Below are positions 12,308-26,576 of a DNA stretch of 64,000 nt, in pieces; the first letter of the stretch is position 1, and the number at the start of each line of letters is the position of its first letter. Below the pieces are notes generated by a model. That model ran no database searches, had not been told where the DNA came from, and worked only from the letters and a program-made list of their open reading frames with translations. This DNA comes from Salpingoeca rosetta (taxonomy: Eukaryota; Protista; Choanoflagellata). A program made the position numbers and the translations under genes. The DNA is taken from NCBI GenBank assembly GCA_033442325.1, contig JAWQFM010000001.1:2564973-2628972 (forward strand), given 5' to 3'.

Positions 12308-15300
12308 TCAACACACGTTCACAGCCAGGTTCTCCTGCTCGCCGGCTTGTTGCCGCTTCAACATTGCAACTTCCTTGGACAGCTCATTCAGGCGCTGGAA
12401 TACGTGAGCAATGTTGATGATCATATGCAATCGTGAGGTGGTGCAAAGCAAACCAAGTGGGTGCGCATGGATTCATGTGGGACCGAAGGAAAGTTCACAG
12501 TCACTGCACACACACACACTCTCTCTCTCATTCACTCACTCACTCACTGCACACACACACTCTCTCACTCTCTCATTCACTCACTCACTCGCTCACTCAC
12601 TCACTGCACACACACACACAACGGACCATGCGCAGCTCGTTGTTCTCGGCGCGGATCTTGGCCATGTGCTTGAGCTTCTGGCGCGGGTTCTGGTGTCCAA
12701 CAAGACCGTCTCTCTCTTCCTCAAGCGCTTTGACTGCTTTCTTCAGCTGCGAATTTTCCTTGCGCAGGGTGAGGTTCTCCTTGCGCGCGCGATCAAGGCT
12801 CTCCTTCATGCCAAGCAGGTCCTTGTTCAGCTCCTGCGCACACACAAGCGACTCGGCAAGCTCAGACGCTTGCTCCTGTCACACACATACATGAAGGCCA
12901 AGACGTGAGTGGGATATGGCAGCACAGCAGAACACCGTCGGCCGCCACCAACACAGCTCATGTACTCGTGGACATTGTTGGTATTGTGGTGAACGACCAA
13001 ACTTTGCTTGCATGGACTCATCAAGAAGCACACACACACACACTGACACACACTGACACACACGCACACACACACACACACACACTGACACACACGCGCA
13101 CACACACACACACACACACTGACACGCACACACGCACACACACAAGGCGAGCGCATGTTTACCTTCACTTCGTCCTCCAGACGACGGCGATGGCTCTCCT
13201 TCATCGTCAGCTGCGACTTCACCTCCTCCAGCTCCTTCACCGCACGCGTGTGGTCCTCAGTCGTACGCTGCGCAGCGCGAACACTCGCTTCCAACCGCCT
13301 GTTCTCGGCCCGCGTCTCCTCGAGCTCCTCCACCATGCTGGCAGACTCGCTGGCGGTGCGCTTGGCGGCGTCAAGGTCGGCCCGCAGCTGCGACAGCTCG
13401 CTGTTCTTCTCCACGCGCGACGCCTCCGCGGCATCAAGCATCTCCAGATACTTCTTCTGCAAGCAGTTGAACACGTCATGGGTGAGGCGCGGAGAGACGG
13501 AACCGAAGACACAGACAGGGAGAAGATTGGGTGTCGCGTATGGACCCACGTGACTTGCACGCACCAATTATGTGTATTCTCATCCACACAAGCACACAGA
13601 CTGACAACACTGAAACGCACACACAAACACACAAACACAAACACACACATACACACGCTTGCACGCACCTCTTGTGTCTTGCTGGCTGCAAGTTGCTGCT
13701 GCAGCGACTGCACTTCCTGCTCGAGCGCCGTTGCATTCTCACGCGGCGCCTCCAATTGCTGCCAGAGACCACCAACCAATCATACAGAACCATGGAACCA
13801 TGGGCAACGTGAGCCCTTTGTTCAATCATTGTTAAACATAAGGACATGTGATGTGGAAAGTGGGTCACTCGCTTCTTTTCAGACACAACAGTCACGCCCA
13901 AAGCGAAACACCCAAACTCTCACACAAGCACTCTCGCGCAACCCATAACAAACCACACCGCACAGCCACAAGTGCACACCTGACGAAGGTCGGTGTTTGC
14001 TGCCTTGAGCTCATCGAGCGACTGCTCGAGCTGTGCAATGCGCTGGGCAGCGTCGTCCTCCTTCGCTGCCAGTACATCGCGTGCGCTCTGCAGTTGCGTC
14101 TCCAACTCCTGCACGCGCGCCTTTGATGCACGCAGTTCGTCCTTCACAAGCGTCGTTGTCTCCACAACCTCCGCCATCTGGTCTTTGTACTCGTCCTCAT
14201 TCTTCGCAATCACGCTCTCCGTGTGCTTCAGCAGCCGCTGCATAGGAACACGTGCACCACATGCGCAATTCACGAGGACAGAAGCCATGATGAGCATACT
14301 CGTTGCAGAGCTGTGCAGCCACGAACCACCGTGGCGGCAAGTTCAGCACAGCTGTCCCATGCGCTCACCAGCCGTGCTCCAAAGTTGGGCAATTTCTCAC
14401 ATGCGCAGGCACACAAGTTTACGAGCACACACACACACACACATACACACATACACGCACACGCACATTCAACATACTACAAGCCCACCTGGAATTCGGC
14501 CTGCTTGTCTGTGGCGAAGCCAAGCTCTGCTGTCAGGCGGTCCACCTCCTCCTTGCACTCCTTCAGCTCAGCAGTGAGCGACTCGTTGCTAGACTTGAGT
14601 TCCTGCGTACACGTGATCCACAGCGTGCAGCCGTCTGGTATGAGATGCGAGGGACGCCGCAGACTCGTGTGCATGTGCTCTTAAAACAGGCACATGCCCA
14701 CACAAGAACGCAATCACCAAACTCACACAATTACAAAACACACACACACACGCATACACAGAGCACAAGACACACGCATACACACACACACAGAGCACAA
14801 GGCACACACAACACAACGCAACACACCACAGCCCTTTATGTTCTGTGAAGCCACTGGTACCTTGAGTTGGTCAGTGGTTGTGCGCAGTTCGGCCACGATA
14901 GCCGCCTTCTCCTCAGCCATCCGAGCCTCCTTGCGTGCAAACCGGTCCTTGGCCTCGTTGAGCTCCTCACGGGTCGACTCCAGCGTGTCCTGCGCTTCAA
15001 TCTGTGCCGCAACAGACGCCTCAATTTGCTCAACCAGCTCCTGGTTCTTCTGCGACAGCTCCAGCATCTCTGACTTTTGGTCACTGCGTGCGGCAGTTGT
15101 TGTCATCGCGAGTGTTGACGAGATTGCATGGGTGAGGCAGCCCGTCAGCGAAGGAGTGCTGTTTGTGTGCATGTGGGATGATTGGTTCTGCATGCAGCAG
15201 CACACCTGTGCACACACGCAGCAGCTAGCAGCCAGATGAAAAACATGCCATGTGGCACACACGCGTTGTCCATGCTGCACACTGGCCATGTGTCTTACCT

Positions 15301-17058
15301 GTCGTCGTTGAGCTGCTGCTCATATTTGGCAACGGAGTCCTCCAGCTTGGCAATCGTCGCCTGCAGCGCTTCCTGTTCATGTGTCAGCGATGATGTCTTG
15401 GCCTTCTCATCACTCAGCTCCTGCACAAATCACACACGCGTACGATACAGTGTCAGCGTGTGACGGCCAAAGTTGCACTCACATACACGCGTTGCATGCA
15501 TCTCGCATGTAGCACTCGCCAGCGTACAGTCACGATTGTGCAAACGGAATTGCAACCACACCAATATTGATCAACAAACACACACACACAGAAATACACG
15601 CATGTGCAAGTGCATGCGCACCTGCGTAATGCGATCGAGCTCCTCTTGAACGAACTGAAGTTCGCCGTCAAGTGTGTCCCGCTCATCCTGTGATTGGTTT
15701 TGGTATTGGTCGCGTGCGTATGTGTGTGTGTATGCATAGCGTGAGTGAATGCTGATACGAGGGCTTCACGCACGAACGCAGCCGTGAAGAAACACCACTG
15801 GAACACAACCAACAGAGACTCAGACACCCATCAGCACACACGCACACGCACACATACACACATTCACACGCCCGGGTACACAGCCTTCCGATACCATGAG
15901 GTCTTGGTTGCTGGTGAGTGCAGCCTCGAGGTCGTGGCGAATGCTGACGAGCTGGCCAGCCTGGTCCGTGTTCTCCTTATCCAGCTCAGCCACCTTGCGC
16001 TGCGACTGGGCCAGCTCCTTTTGCATGGCCTGAGATCACAAACACAGGTGCGTAGGGAAGGGAAGGGAAGGGAAGGGAGTTTGGTTGTGAGTTCGCATGT
16101 GTGTGTGTGTGGATGGGTAGTGGCAGTTCGAGTGATTGCGAGCAAGCATTGCGACGATTGAGAGTGTGTTCGACGAAGGCGGCGCGAGGGTTTCCCAGGT
16201 AATAAAAACATGTTGTTGCAGCACTGCAAAACAGTACACCACTGAACAAACATGCGCGCACACCGGACCTCCTTCTCGGTTGTGAGCGCTGCAGCAGCGG
16301 CCTGCTGTTCCTGGAGAGAGGTCTGGAATTCCGTCGCCTTGTCTTGCATCTCCGATAGTAGACCATCCAGCCGCTGCTCGAGGGTGGCAATGGTGCTCTT
16401 CAGCTCCTCAGACGTCTCCGCGTGAGCAGTCTGTGTTGAACATTCAAACAGCAGAAACACACCATGCGTGGAGGAGGAGCAATTCGTGAATCAACAATGA
16501 TGACATAATAACACACAGGTGCCCGAACAACTCTATTGAGAATACACAAATGCTACGCTCAATTGCGAGACGGAAGTACCCGATCCGCACCCACAACAGA
16601 AGTGTACAAACGCGCCGACACGAACACGGCGTAGACATACAGGCATGGGAGCAAAACTACAACTCACAAACACATGGTCAACCCACCCCTCACACATACA
16701 CACACACGCGCGCGCACGCACACACAAAACAAACTACCTGCTCCATGGAGAGCTGGGAGGTGAGCTGCTCCTTGTCTTGGCGCAGCTGCCGGCTGGCACT
16801 CTCGAGAGAAGAAATCTGCTGAGTCAGCTCTTCCTGCACGGCCTGGCTGGACTTGACCTCGTGCACCAGAGCCTCCATCTTGCTGCGGAGGGAGGCAAGG
16901 TCGTTGATCTGCAGCGCACGCGCAAAGCCGGCAGTGGTGCATGACGTGAGGCATGGAAGTGTTTGGCACAATACACGCGCAGACTCTCAGTGAAACACGT
17001 GCACAGTCAGCGGGCACACGCACAAACACACGCACGCACACACACACACACACGCACG

Positions 17059-17089
<31 letters not shown>

Positions 17090-17916
17090 ACACACACGCA
17101 CACAGAGCAGCAGCAGCAGGGTTGCAGGCAAAGCTGACCTGTTCCGAGTCGGCAAAAGCCTTTGAGAGCTCCTGCAGCTGTTCATCGCGGGCCTGCGCCT
17201 CACGGGCAGCCGCCTTCATGCGCTCGGCCTCAAGCGCGCGCTCAAGCTCAGCTGTCGTCTTCTCTGCCGCACGCTTCGATGACGCAAGCTCCATCACCTT
17301 GCGTTGCGCATTCTCCTCAACCTAAAGGCGCACGCGTGCGCATGTGCGTGTGTGTGTTCAAGTGGGGAGGAAGGACGCAGAGAAAGCGAACATTGCGAAG
17401 GCGGTAAGTTGACAATTGATGTTGCAGATACATCCACAAAACTCACCACAGAGTGAACAGGCAAACCTGCTTGCATTGTGGTGAACGAGCTGTGCCAAAT
17501 CAAAGGCATCAACAATTCCACACGCACACGCACACGCACACACGCACGCACACGTGTCTATGCACGATGCCGGTGCAGCATGCAATCGCTCAAGCGTGTG
17601 TCTGTGCATGTGTGTGCATGTGTGTGCATGTGTCACATGATCACCATTGGCATTGAACCTGGGTGAGCTGGTCGCGTGTTTCCTTCAGCTCCTGCTGCAG
17701 ATCCGAGACTTGCTGCTTCAGTTCGCTCTCCACCTTGGTCTGGCGCGCAAGGTGCTTACCATCGCGCATACGTGGCGATATGCCCGGTGCAGGCGATGCA
17801 TTGGCGCTCGAAATCAGTTGGCCTGAAGGACGCGAAGCAACCATGCATGTCGAGTAGGAAGAAGGAATGGCATGAATAAACAAAGACATGAAGGAAAAGG
17901 CGGGGATTGTGCTTGG

Positions 17917-17999
<83 letters not shown>

Positions 18000-19505
18000 C
18001 ACACACGGACACACGGACACGCATACACACACGCAAAATCCCATTGCAAAGCGTAACCTTACACACATGTCACACGCACCGAGAGAAGCCGAGTCCTTGT
18101 TGTTGACGAGAAGGCGCTGCACAATCTCCTCCAGCTCCAGCATGCGCGTGCGCGTCTGCGCCAGGACGGCGTTGTCGTCATCGACCGGATATTGGGACCG
18201 CAGCGACCGCAGCTCAGCCTGAAGCGCCTTGTTCTTCGTCAGCAAGCGGGCTGCGTCGACGTTGACCTTAATCTCCTGCTCCAGCGCCTTGATCTCCTTG
18301 CGAAGGGCAGCCAGTTGCTCGTCTTCGTCCACAGATGCGCCCGCCCCGCGCTTCAGCTGCGACACCTCCGCCTCCCGAAACTTGTACCGCATCTTGAGTG
18401 CCTGCAGGGACCGCTGGTATGCGCTGAGCAGCTCCTGCGACTCCTGCAACCGCTCGGCAAGGTCCTCTTTCTCAGACTCGGAGCGCTTGTGCAGGTCGAT
18501 CATGGTGCACACGATGCGGCGAAGGTCGCCATCATCGTCGCCGTCCGTCTGCACCCCGGGCGGCAGCGCAGGCAGGGCCTGCATGTTGGCTGATGGATGG
18601 ATGGGTTGGTTGGTTGGTTGGTTGGTTGGTTGGTTGGTTGGTTGGTTGGTTGGTTGGTTAGTTTGCCAGTTGGTTGGTTGGGTGAATGAACAGGAATCAG
18701 TGACAACGCAACGCGTGCGAGGACAGCCACATGCACGCCTGCAATACAAGCAACTTACGTTGTGCGAGCAGGTCTCGAAGCCGCTTCACTTCCGCTTGCA
18801 GCTCCCGCACGTTGCCGACAAAGTCCTCGTTGCGCGCCGTCTTGTTCTTAATGAGCTTGGCGCGCTGAGCAAACTTGAGCGTAGACAGCGTCTCCCCAAA
18901 CGCCCTGGCAGTTGTAGACGTACAGGCAAGGTAGCACAGCAATGGCACAAATCAGAGTTGGGGTAAGGAAACAGCACGCAAGCAAAATCACTCAAACACA
19001 GTGTGAGTGACGTGAATGGTTGTGTGTGGTTGTCAGTGTTAACTGGCACCTCTGTTAATGAATTAAAACAAAACTAGACGTGACAAACAAACGCGCTTGC
19101 GTCCTGCGCAACACTCAATAAACACACACGCACACACGTGTGCAGGAAGGCATTCGTTAATGCATCGCACTCACTTTCGGGAAGGGTTGACGGCGGCAAG
19201 CAGATAGGTCTTGGTGTTGCCACCAAGCGAGTCGCGGAGGAGAAAAGTGAGCTTGGAGTCGCGATACGGCACATGGCGCTGCTTGCCGTTGGCAATGGAC
19301 ACGAGGGCGGTGATGACGTTGCCCAGCGTCGACAGCGACTTGTTGATCTGCCCTGCCTCGCGCAGACGCGTGCCGTCCGCCTGTGTGTCGCGCTGCCGCT
19401 CGGAGCCGGCAAGATCAATCAGGTTCAGCCGCGCCATCTTCACGTTGCGCAGCCCATCCCCGGTGGACTCCTGAAGGCGCACAGCGTGTGGATGTGCATA
19501 TGTGC

Positions 19506-19552
<47 letters not shown>

Positions 19553-21557
19553 GGGGTGTGTGATTTGGACGAGAGAGATGTGTGAGCTGCATAGTGCGTG
19601 TGTGAGCAGTAGATGCTGCACTGCACAAGAACACAAAAGGTATCTTCATTCAGCTTGACACATCAAGTGTTACACAGATTGCACGGGCCATGCATGACAG
19701 CTACGTACGATGCTCTTGATGGTCATGGTGAAAATAGCGTGACTGCGGCTGCTCTCGCGGTTCATGGACGTCTCTGCGGTGCGCCGGTTGCCGTTGCCAG
19801 CGTTCAGCACCTGGCACACATGGCAAGCACAACGAATGAGACGCGGGGCTGTGGCACATTGTATGTTGTGGTGGCGTCTCTTGCTTGCAGCAAAAGCGGC
19901 TCAGCTTAGAATTGCCCCATCAGCGTAAAGCAAACGGACAGCATGTGCGCACGGATACAGTGGGCGTTGTGCGGCAATGCAAGTGCATGGATACCTCATG
20001 AACTCTCACGTTCACACACCTACACTCTCACTGCAAAAGCACACACACACACACTGACACACACATGCAAACGCACACACAGACACACAGACACGCACCT
20101 CCATGGCTTCGCGTGGCGACTCTACAATGTGCTCTGTGACGTCTTCGATGTGCACACCGTTGCGCACATCCTCACGAAGATTCTTGCCCGTGCACGTGGC
20201 GTCAAGAAGGTCGTAGATGCGCTCGTTGTAAATCTCGGTGAAGGAGCAGCTGCAACTGAAGGACACATTGCCCTTCTGTATTCACAACACATACGCAAGT
20301 GTGCAACAAGATGGGGAGGGTCGATAGATGAACATTTTGTGGGTGTACGCATGAATATGAATGAGGGTGTGAGCTTGTATGAATGAGTGTGTGAGCATGT
20401 GTGAGCATGTGTGAATGAGTGTGAGTGTTTGAATGAGTGTGAGTGTGCAGTCTAAGTGTGACTGAGAAAGGCGTGTGGGCGCGGTTGTGGTGCACATGAG
20501 GCCGACACAGCACAAGCAACAGGTAATGCGCAATTGCTACAGCGGTGCGCGCGGTTACCTTCTGGCACTCGCGCTGGATCTGGCTGAAGAGGAATTCAAA
20601 AGCGCGGGGGATGATGCCGCGTTCCTCCTGCACAATGTCGTCGTTGTCGTCCTTTCTTCCCATCATGGTGAACGTTTTGCCACTCCCAGTTTGGCCGCTG
20701 CAGTGCAAGGGTTCAGATAACACAAGATGTTAACAGTGAGTTGGGGATGCATTCAGGGTGCGCAGCGACAACATTCTACGCCGCCATGCTACAAACAAGT
20801 GTCCATAAATGCTATGAAACGCAAGTACATTGACGCACAATAGTTAAGCACACACACACACACACACACGCACACACACATACAATATGCATGACAAGGA
20901 CATTGTTTCGCCAGGTTTGTCCACTACGTACTATGCAAAGATGGTTCCATTGTAGCCTTCCAAGCAGGACTCAATCACTCGCTTGGCCACTGTCTCAAAC
21001 ACTTTGTCCTGCCCAATCCAATACCAAGGCATGCGCATGTGCGCGCGCACAGGTGAGCAGCGGGAAGGCACAGCATAATAGAGCCGCGCACAGTTGGACG
21101 CTTGCTTGCTGATTTGCTTGCTCTCAACATCTGAGACCCGCAACTGAACCACATCTCGAGAGAAAACAGCGTAACACGTTCAAGTAGCGCTGCACACCTG
21201 AGTGGATTCCTCCGTGAGGACCTCGTCGAAGGTGAAGATGTTCTTGTTGCTCTCCAGTTTCACGGCTTTCTCGTCCACATAGTTCAGGCACTTGATGGTG
21301 TCGTTGTCGTTCACGCCAGAGCCCACCAGAGGACGCACACGCAGGATGACCTGGATGTTTTCCTCCTCCCTGTCATTGATGCCGTACACACACACACACG
21401 CACGCACACGAAGGTGTGCAAATTTCCACACTCATGCCATGAGAGTACGCTCAAGTCGCACGTCTGTCTTGAATCAAACAGGCGTCCATGCACGCATCGC
21501 TCACCACCCACCACCCTACGCCACGAGACCTACTCACTTCTCGCACTCGGTTGCCAT
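12308..21557 (-). CDS. KIF15: Kinesin-12 mitotic motor; many exons
   Basis: [11 protein letters not shown]-loop [14 protein letters not shown] switch [30 protein letters not shown] and [13 protein letters not shown], then long coiled coils. C-terminal HMMR-like [11 protein letters not shown]. Final exon RLNELSKE...NVC* stops at 12308. Confidence 0.9.
18604..18683. repeat. (GGTT)n intronic tetranucleotide repeat
   Basis: Direct reading of the sequence. Confidence 0.9.
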
Positions 21558-22113
21558 CTTCGCGGTGGGGATCAGAAACAAACTCCGCCCTTGTTGGTCG
21601 CTGTTTCTTTCAGACCCTTGGCTGTCGGTCGCCCGCGGCCTGCTTCACACGCTTGCGCTCGCTTCAGCAGTCCTGATGCTGAGATGCTGTGTGTTGGCTG
21701 TTGTGGTGGTGCTTGCTTGAATTCGCGGCAGCCGTTGCTTTGAAGATTTGGCGGCAGAGGATTTTGGGCGATTGTTGGAAGATACCGATAATAATCTGAG
21801 GCATTCGTTGGTCAGCCCCCTCGCCGCGAAAATTCAATTTTCCAGCAACCAGCACAAACAGCAGACACCACAGACCGCCACAACAGCGCGACTGTCACAA
21901 GCGACCACAGCAAACAAACAAGCAAGCAAGGACGTGTGCACGCGTGGTGCTGTGCTGAAGCATACAGATTGACGTGAGTGTGAGAGAGCGAGAGCGTGCG
22001 TGAATTGAGGGGGAGGCTTAGCTGGCTGATCTCGTTTGAAGGCAACCAAGCATCAACCAACACAGACGACAGCTTCCCATCAGCATCAACCAACTCGCAG
22101 CAAGAAAACGACT
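21558..22113. promoter_or_regulatory. Putative bidirectional KIF15/NDC80 promoter with CHR-like (TTTGAA) and E2F-like sites
   Basis: TTTGAA at 21739-21744 and 22035-22040, TTTGGCGG at 21747-21754, and CCGCGAAAATTCAA at 21824-21837, all between divergent ATGs. Confidence 0.55.
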
Positions 22114-25100
22114 ATGGCATACCGCGGAGCGCTGAGCCGCGTGAGCCTGAGCGAGGACAATGCACGTGCGGGGCGCAAGTCCATGGGTGGCCCCATCAAG
22201 AGGCAATCGCGTGGAGGGCGCAACAGCCTTGCACCCCAGAGCAAGCGCGAGAGCCTCGCCGGTCCCAAGGCCTCCTCTCGCAAGTCCATGGCAGGCCGGC
22301 CATCCACGGGCGGGCGGCCATCGACTGCAGGCCGCTACTCGATGGGTGGGCGCCAGAGCATGGGCGGCGCAAACAGCCGCCGCTCCAGCATGCACCGTCG
22401 ACCAGAGCCCCGCCCTCTGAGCGACAAAGGATACAAGCAGCAGAGCATCAAGGAGCTGATGGAGTTCCTGGTGTACAACCAGTTCCCAAAGGCCATTTCC
22501 GAGCAGCGCCTCAAGGGGCCCTCCACGCGCGAGTTTGTGGAGATTTTCCAGTTTGTGTATGAGCGCTTGGATCCTTGCTTCCCCTGGGCCAAGCTCAAGG
22601 CCGAGGATGAGATTCCAACCTTGCTCAAGGCCATCGGCTACCCGTTCTCCGTCAAGCCCAGCCTCATCATCTCCTGCGGCAGCCCCCACAACTGGCCAAA
22701 GCTTCTCGGCGCCCTTCGCTGGATGATCGAGCTCACAGACGTACGTGCGTGTGGGTGTGTGGGTGTGTGGGTGTGTGGGTGTGTGTGTGTGTGTTTGGAA
22801 GTGAGTGATGTGGAGGAGGACAAAGTGATTGCTTCGTGCGTGTGCGTGTGCGTGTGCGTGTGCGTGTGTGTGCGTGCGTGTGCGTGCATGTGTGGATGTG
22901 CAGAAAGGAGGAGTTCCTTCGTTCTGATTTTGTGCGCAAGTACGTGAGATGACTGCCTTTGGACGTGCTTCTGCTATGATGATACCGCCACGCTCATTGC
23001 ACTTCTGTCGCGTGCACACATTACCAACAGTTCTTGGAGGATCACAAGGACAACATTCTCCGCCTCCTCATCTCCCAAGCGCAGCTGCTGTCTGCTGACC
23101 GTGAGGGCGACTTCTTTGGCACCGCCGACAGCGAGGAAATGCTGGAGACACTGCAGTTTATCCTCGAAACAGCTGAGGTGAGTGTGGGGGGAATGCCACG
23201 TGTACTTCTGGGCACTAAATCAACAATGCACACCCATACACTCACACACGCATTCACACGCATTCACACGCACATGGGCTTGATTGCATTTCCCTCGCTC
23301 TCCACTCACACTCACCACCCCCACCACCCTCACACGGATGGCGTGAGCAGACCTTCCGGCAGCACGGCGAGGACGGGATGCTGCCATCGCTGGAGCCCGA
23401 GGCTGTGGAGGAGAAGCGCATGCAGGTGATTGAGGAGCGAGAGGCCCTCAAGGCAGAGAGCGAGCAGCTGCGCGCACAGCGCGATGAGCTTGAGTCTGCA
23501 AGCAGCAGGCTGCCCAAGCTGCGGCAGAAGAAGGCGGAGGTGGAGAGCGACTGCGAGCAGTTGACGCAGGAGCTTGCAAAGGGGCGGCAGAGCGAGGAAC
23601 GGTACGACAAGCGCATCGCAGAGTTGCAACAGTTTCTGGAAGCGCGCAAGGAGGAGCTCGCAAACGTTCAAGCTCGCAAGAGGAAACTGCAGGTGCGTGC
23701 GCGCGCGCGCGTGTGTGTGTCTGTGTCTGTGTGTGGCGTGTGTTGTGAGGGGATGTCAGGTGTACACGAATGGTCTGAATTGTGTGTGTGTGTGTGTGCG
23801 TGCGCTGTTTGTGTCGTGCGTTATTTCGTTGTGTATTGTATGTGTTGTGTCTCCTCCCAAAGTACCTTCAGATGTCGTGGACGGCCATGCATGCTTCACA
23901 AACGTCTGTCCTTCCCCTCACCGACACACCTTCAACGCCCACCGCCTGTCTTGATGTACGTGTGTGCAGGAGACGTGTGATGCGCAAGACATGCAGCGAG
24001 AGCAGTTTGAGCAAGTGCAGACGGAGCTTGCGCGCCTGAAGACGGATTTGAAGAGCACACGCTTCCAGATTCGCCAGCGCAAGGACGACGTGAAGGCAAA
24101 GCAGGACGCTGTTGCACAGAAGGAGCAGCAACTGATTGAGCTGCTCAACGACTACAACCACCTCGTCTGCGAGCTTGGTGTAAGAGGACAGACACACCTA
24201 CATACATTTGTCTTCTTGCGTGTATCCCGTGCATGTGTGGCTGTGTTGTGCTGCACTGTGCTGCTTGCCGTATTGCCCCCTCGGCCTGAATTGATTGATT
24301 GCACACTTCTCCATCCTCCCAATCATAATTCCCATACCTCATCGTCTGCCCCGTCTGTCATCTCGGTTAACTACCTCGCCCTCCGCTGTGCGTTCAGTTG
24401 ACGTCTGCCAACGCCAACAACCCCGTCAGCCGCGACTGCCGCCTCCGCGTTCAGACTACAGCCGACTCTGTCGACGAAATTCTCTCAGGTGCGTGTGTGT
24501 GTGTATGTATGTTCGCATCGTGAATCTCAGGAGGTGTGCGCGCTTGTCCTCGTTGTTGGTGTCGCATGTCACAATTCTGCTCTCTACCCACGCAAGGAGT
24601 GCTCCCATACTCCCAGCCTCACATTCCATTCTCGGACGTTTTATTCCACAGCGAATGTGAAGCGCGACATTGCGCCCGCCATCCAGGAGTTCCGTGGCCA
24701 GGTGCAGCAAAGCCTGCAGCAGGCCGGGCTGGAGCAGCAGCACGTGGCGCGGCAGTTGGCGGAGGTGCAGCAGCAAATTGATGCGAAGCGGGAGGAAATT
24801 GGCAGCCTCGAACAGCGCATTCAGGCCACCATGAAGCACTGCTCCAACGAGGAAGAGGTGCGGATATGAATGGTGGCGTTGCGCGTGGTGTGTTTGAGTG
24901 ATGATGGTATCAGCCGCGCCAGTTCCCTTGATGGTGTTGGCGATCTCTCTTGCTCGCCCTGCTCACACATACACGCACATATACATCACGCACGTGCACA
25001 CGCTGACTCGCGTACACATCACACTCTCCTACACTACACATGCATTGGTACTGACAATCATGCTCACACGGACACACACACACACACGCACACACGCACA

Positions 25101-25626
25101 CACGCACGCACACACACACACACGCACACACGCACGCACACGCACGCACACGCACGCACACGCACGCACAGCTGCTGAGGGAGGAACGCCAGCGCCACGA
25201 GTCGTCGCTCAAGTCGGAGCAGGGCGAAGCCAGCCGTCTGCGGGAAGAGGTGGACACCCTGCGGCATCAGAGCCAGGTGCAGCTTGAGCACGCCATGCGC
25301 CGATACCAGGAGCTCAAGGAGAGCTGTGCCCGTGAGGAAGAGCGCCTGAACAAGGTCATCTTCGAGGCCCTCACCGCCGTTGTGCACTACAAGGTATGGC
25401 AGCAAGACAGTGATGAAGGTGTTGCGGTGATAGTGTTGTACTGCTGTGGTTTCTGCAGGATGAACTCCATATGCACACGCGTGGAAAGAAGTGTCTGCTC
25501 CCGCTCACTCACCGAGTAATCTACAACTCTGTGTGTGTGTGTGCCTGCCTGCTGTGCAACAACTATCACATCCAGGAATACGTCACCAACGTGCTTGCCC
25601 AGATGCAAGCCCGGTACTGCCAATGA
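22114..25626 (+). CDS. NDC80: Kinetochore protein NDC80/HEC1
   Basis: Basic N-tail with RKSM repeats, then the CH domain EPRPLSDKGYKQQSIKELMEFL...LKAIGYPF...GSPHNWPKLLGALRWMIEL and coiled-coil exons. Last exon EYVTNVLAQMQARYCQ*. Confidence 0.95.
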
Positions 25627-25854
25627 TTGCGCCTCTTTTGGCAATTGATGTAGTCCATGCATGTTGTTGCTGCAGTCGTAGTTGGTGTTCTTCTTCTTCT
25701 TCTTCTTCTTGTTGCTTTGCAAGGGCCCAAGACATTGGTTCTCGCGTGATGATGATGGGTGATGAGTGATGATTGGTTGATGATGGTTTGGTCCCAGAAA
25801 CACGATCCGGTGAGGCTGTTGCTATTCTTCTGTTGATGCTGTGTGTGCTTGCGC

Positions 25855-25955
<101 letters not shown>

Positions 25956-26576
25956 GGAGGGTGGGTCCTCTTTTTTTTGGTTTCACGACACGTTGCTTGT
26001 TTGATCGATTGCATTGCTTGTACAGCACGTTGTTTCCTTTCTGCTGTTGTTTGTTCTGTGTGCACCTGCGCTGTTGTTGGTGGCTGCTTCTCTGCTACTG
26101 TGAGTGGCTTCGCCGTCCTTTTGTTCAACTTGTAATGACGTCCAATACATACAAGCAAGTCACGGTTCAGTAAGCGTTCAAAGTAAGCAAGAAGCAAGAC
26201 GTGGGAGAGACGTCAAGGAAGATAGATAGCAGAAGGAACGAAGGCGTCTTTCCAATAAGTTGGCACGCGGCCAACGTTTGTACACAGCAAAGGGCACATG
26301 GAGTGTGGAGCACTAAGATCAGTGGGATATAATGCGATAAGAGTGGTGGCTTCAAGCCGTTCAGCAGGCACGCAAGCAGGGCAAGAGGACATGACATGCT
26401 CAACGGGCGCAGAGTGCGGTAGGGTGCAAAGTTGACGATGCCTTGGTGTTGTGAGGGAACATTGCATGTACAACATGTGTGGTTATGACAAGGGCATGTA
26501 CAAGGGTGCAGATGCTCCGATGAAATGATAAAGCAGAGGCAGAGGGAGGTAGGGGAGAGAAGGGACGGCAGATCTG

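Noticed and set aside
25960-26576. Repeat-poor minus-strand stretch downstream of the MazF-like gene as extra exons or a partner gene
   Set aside because: No recognisable motif or consistent splice model. It cannot be fully excluded, because a GTGCGT donor-like site sits at the predicted stop.
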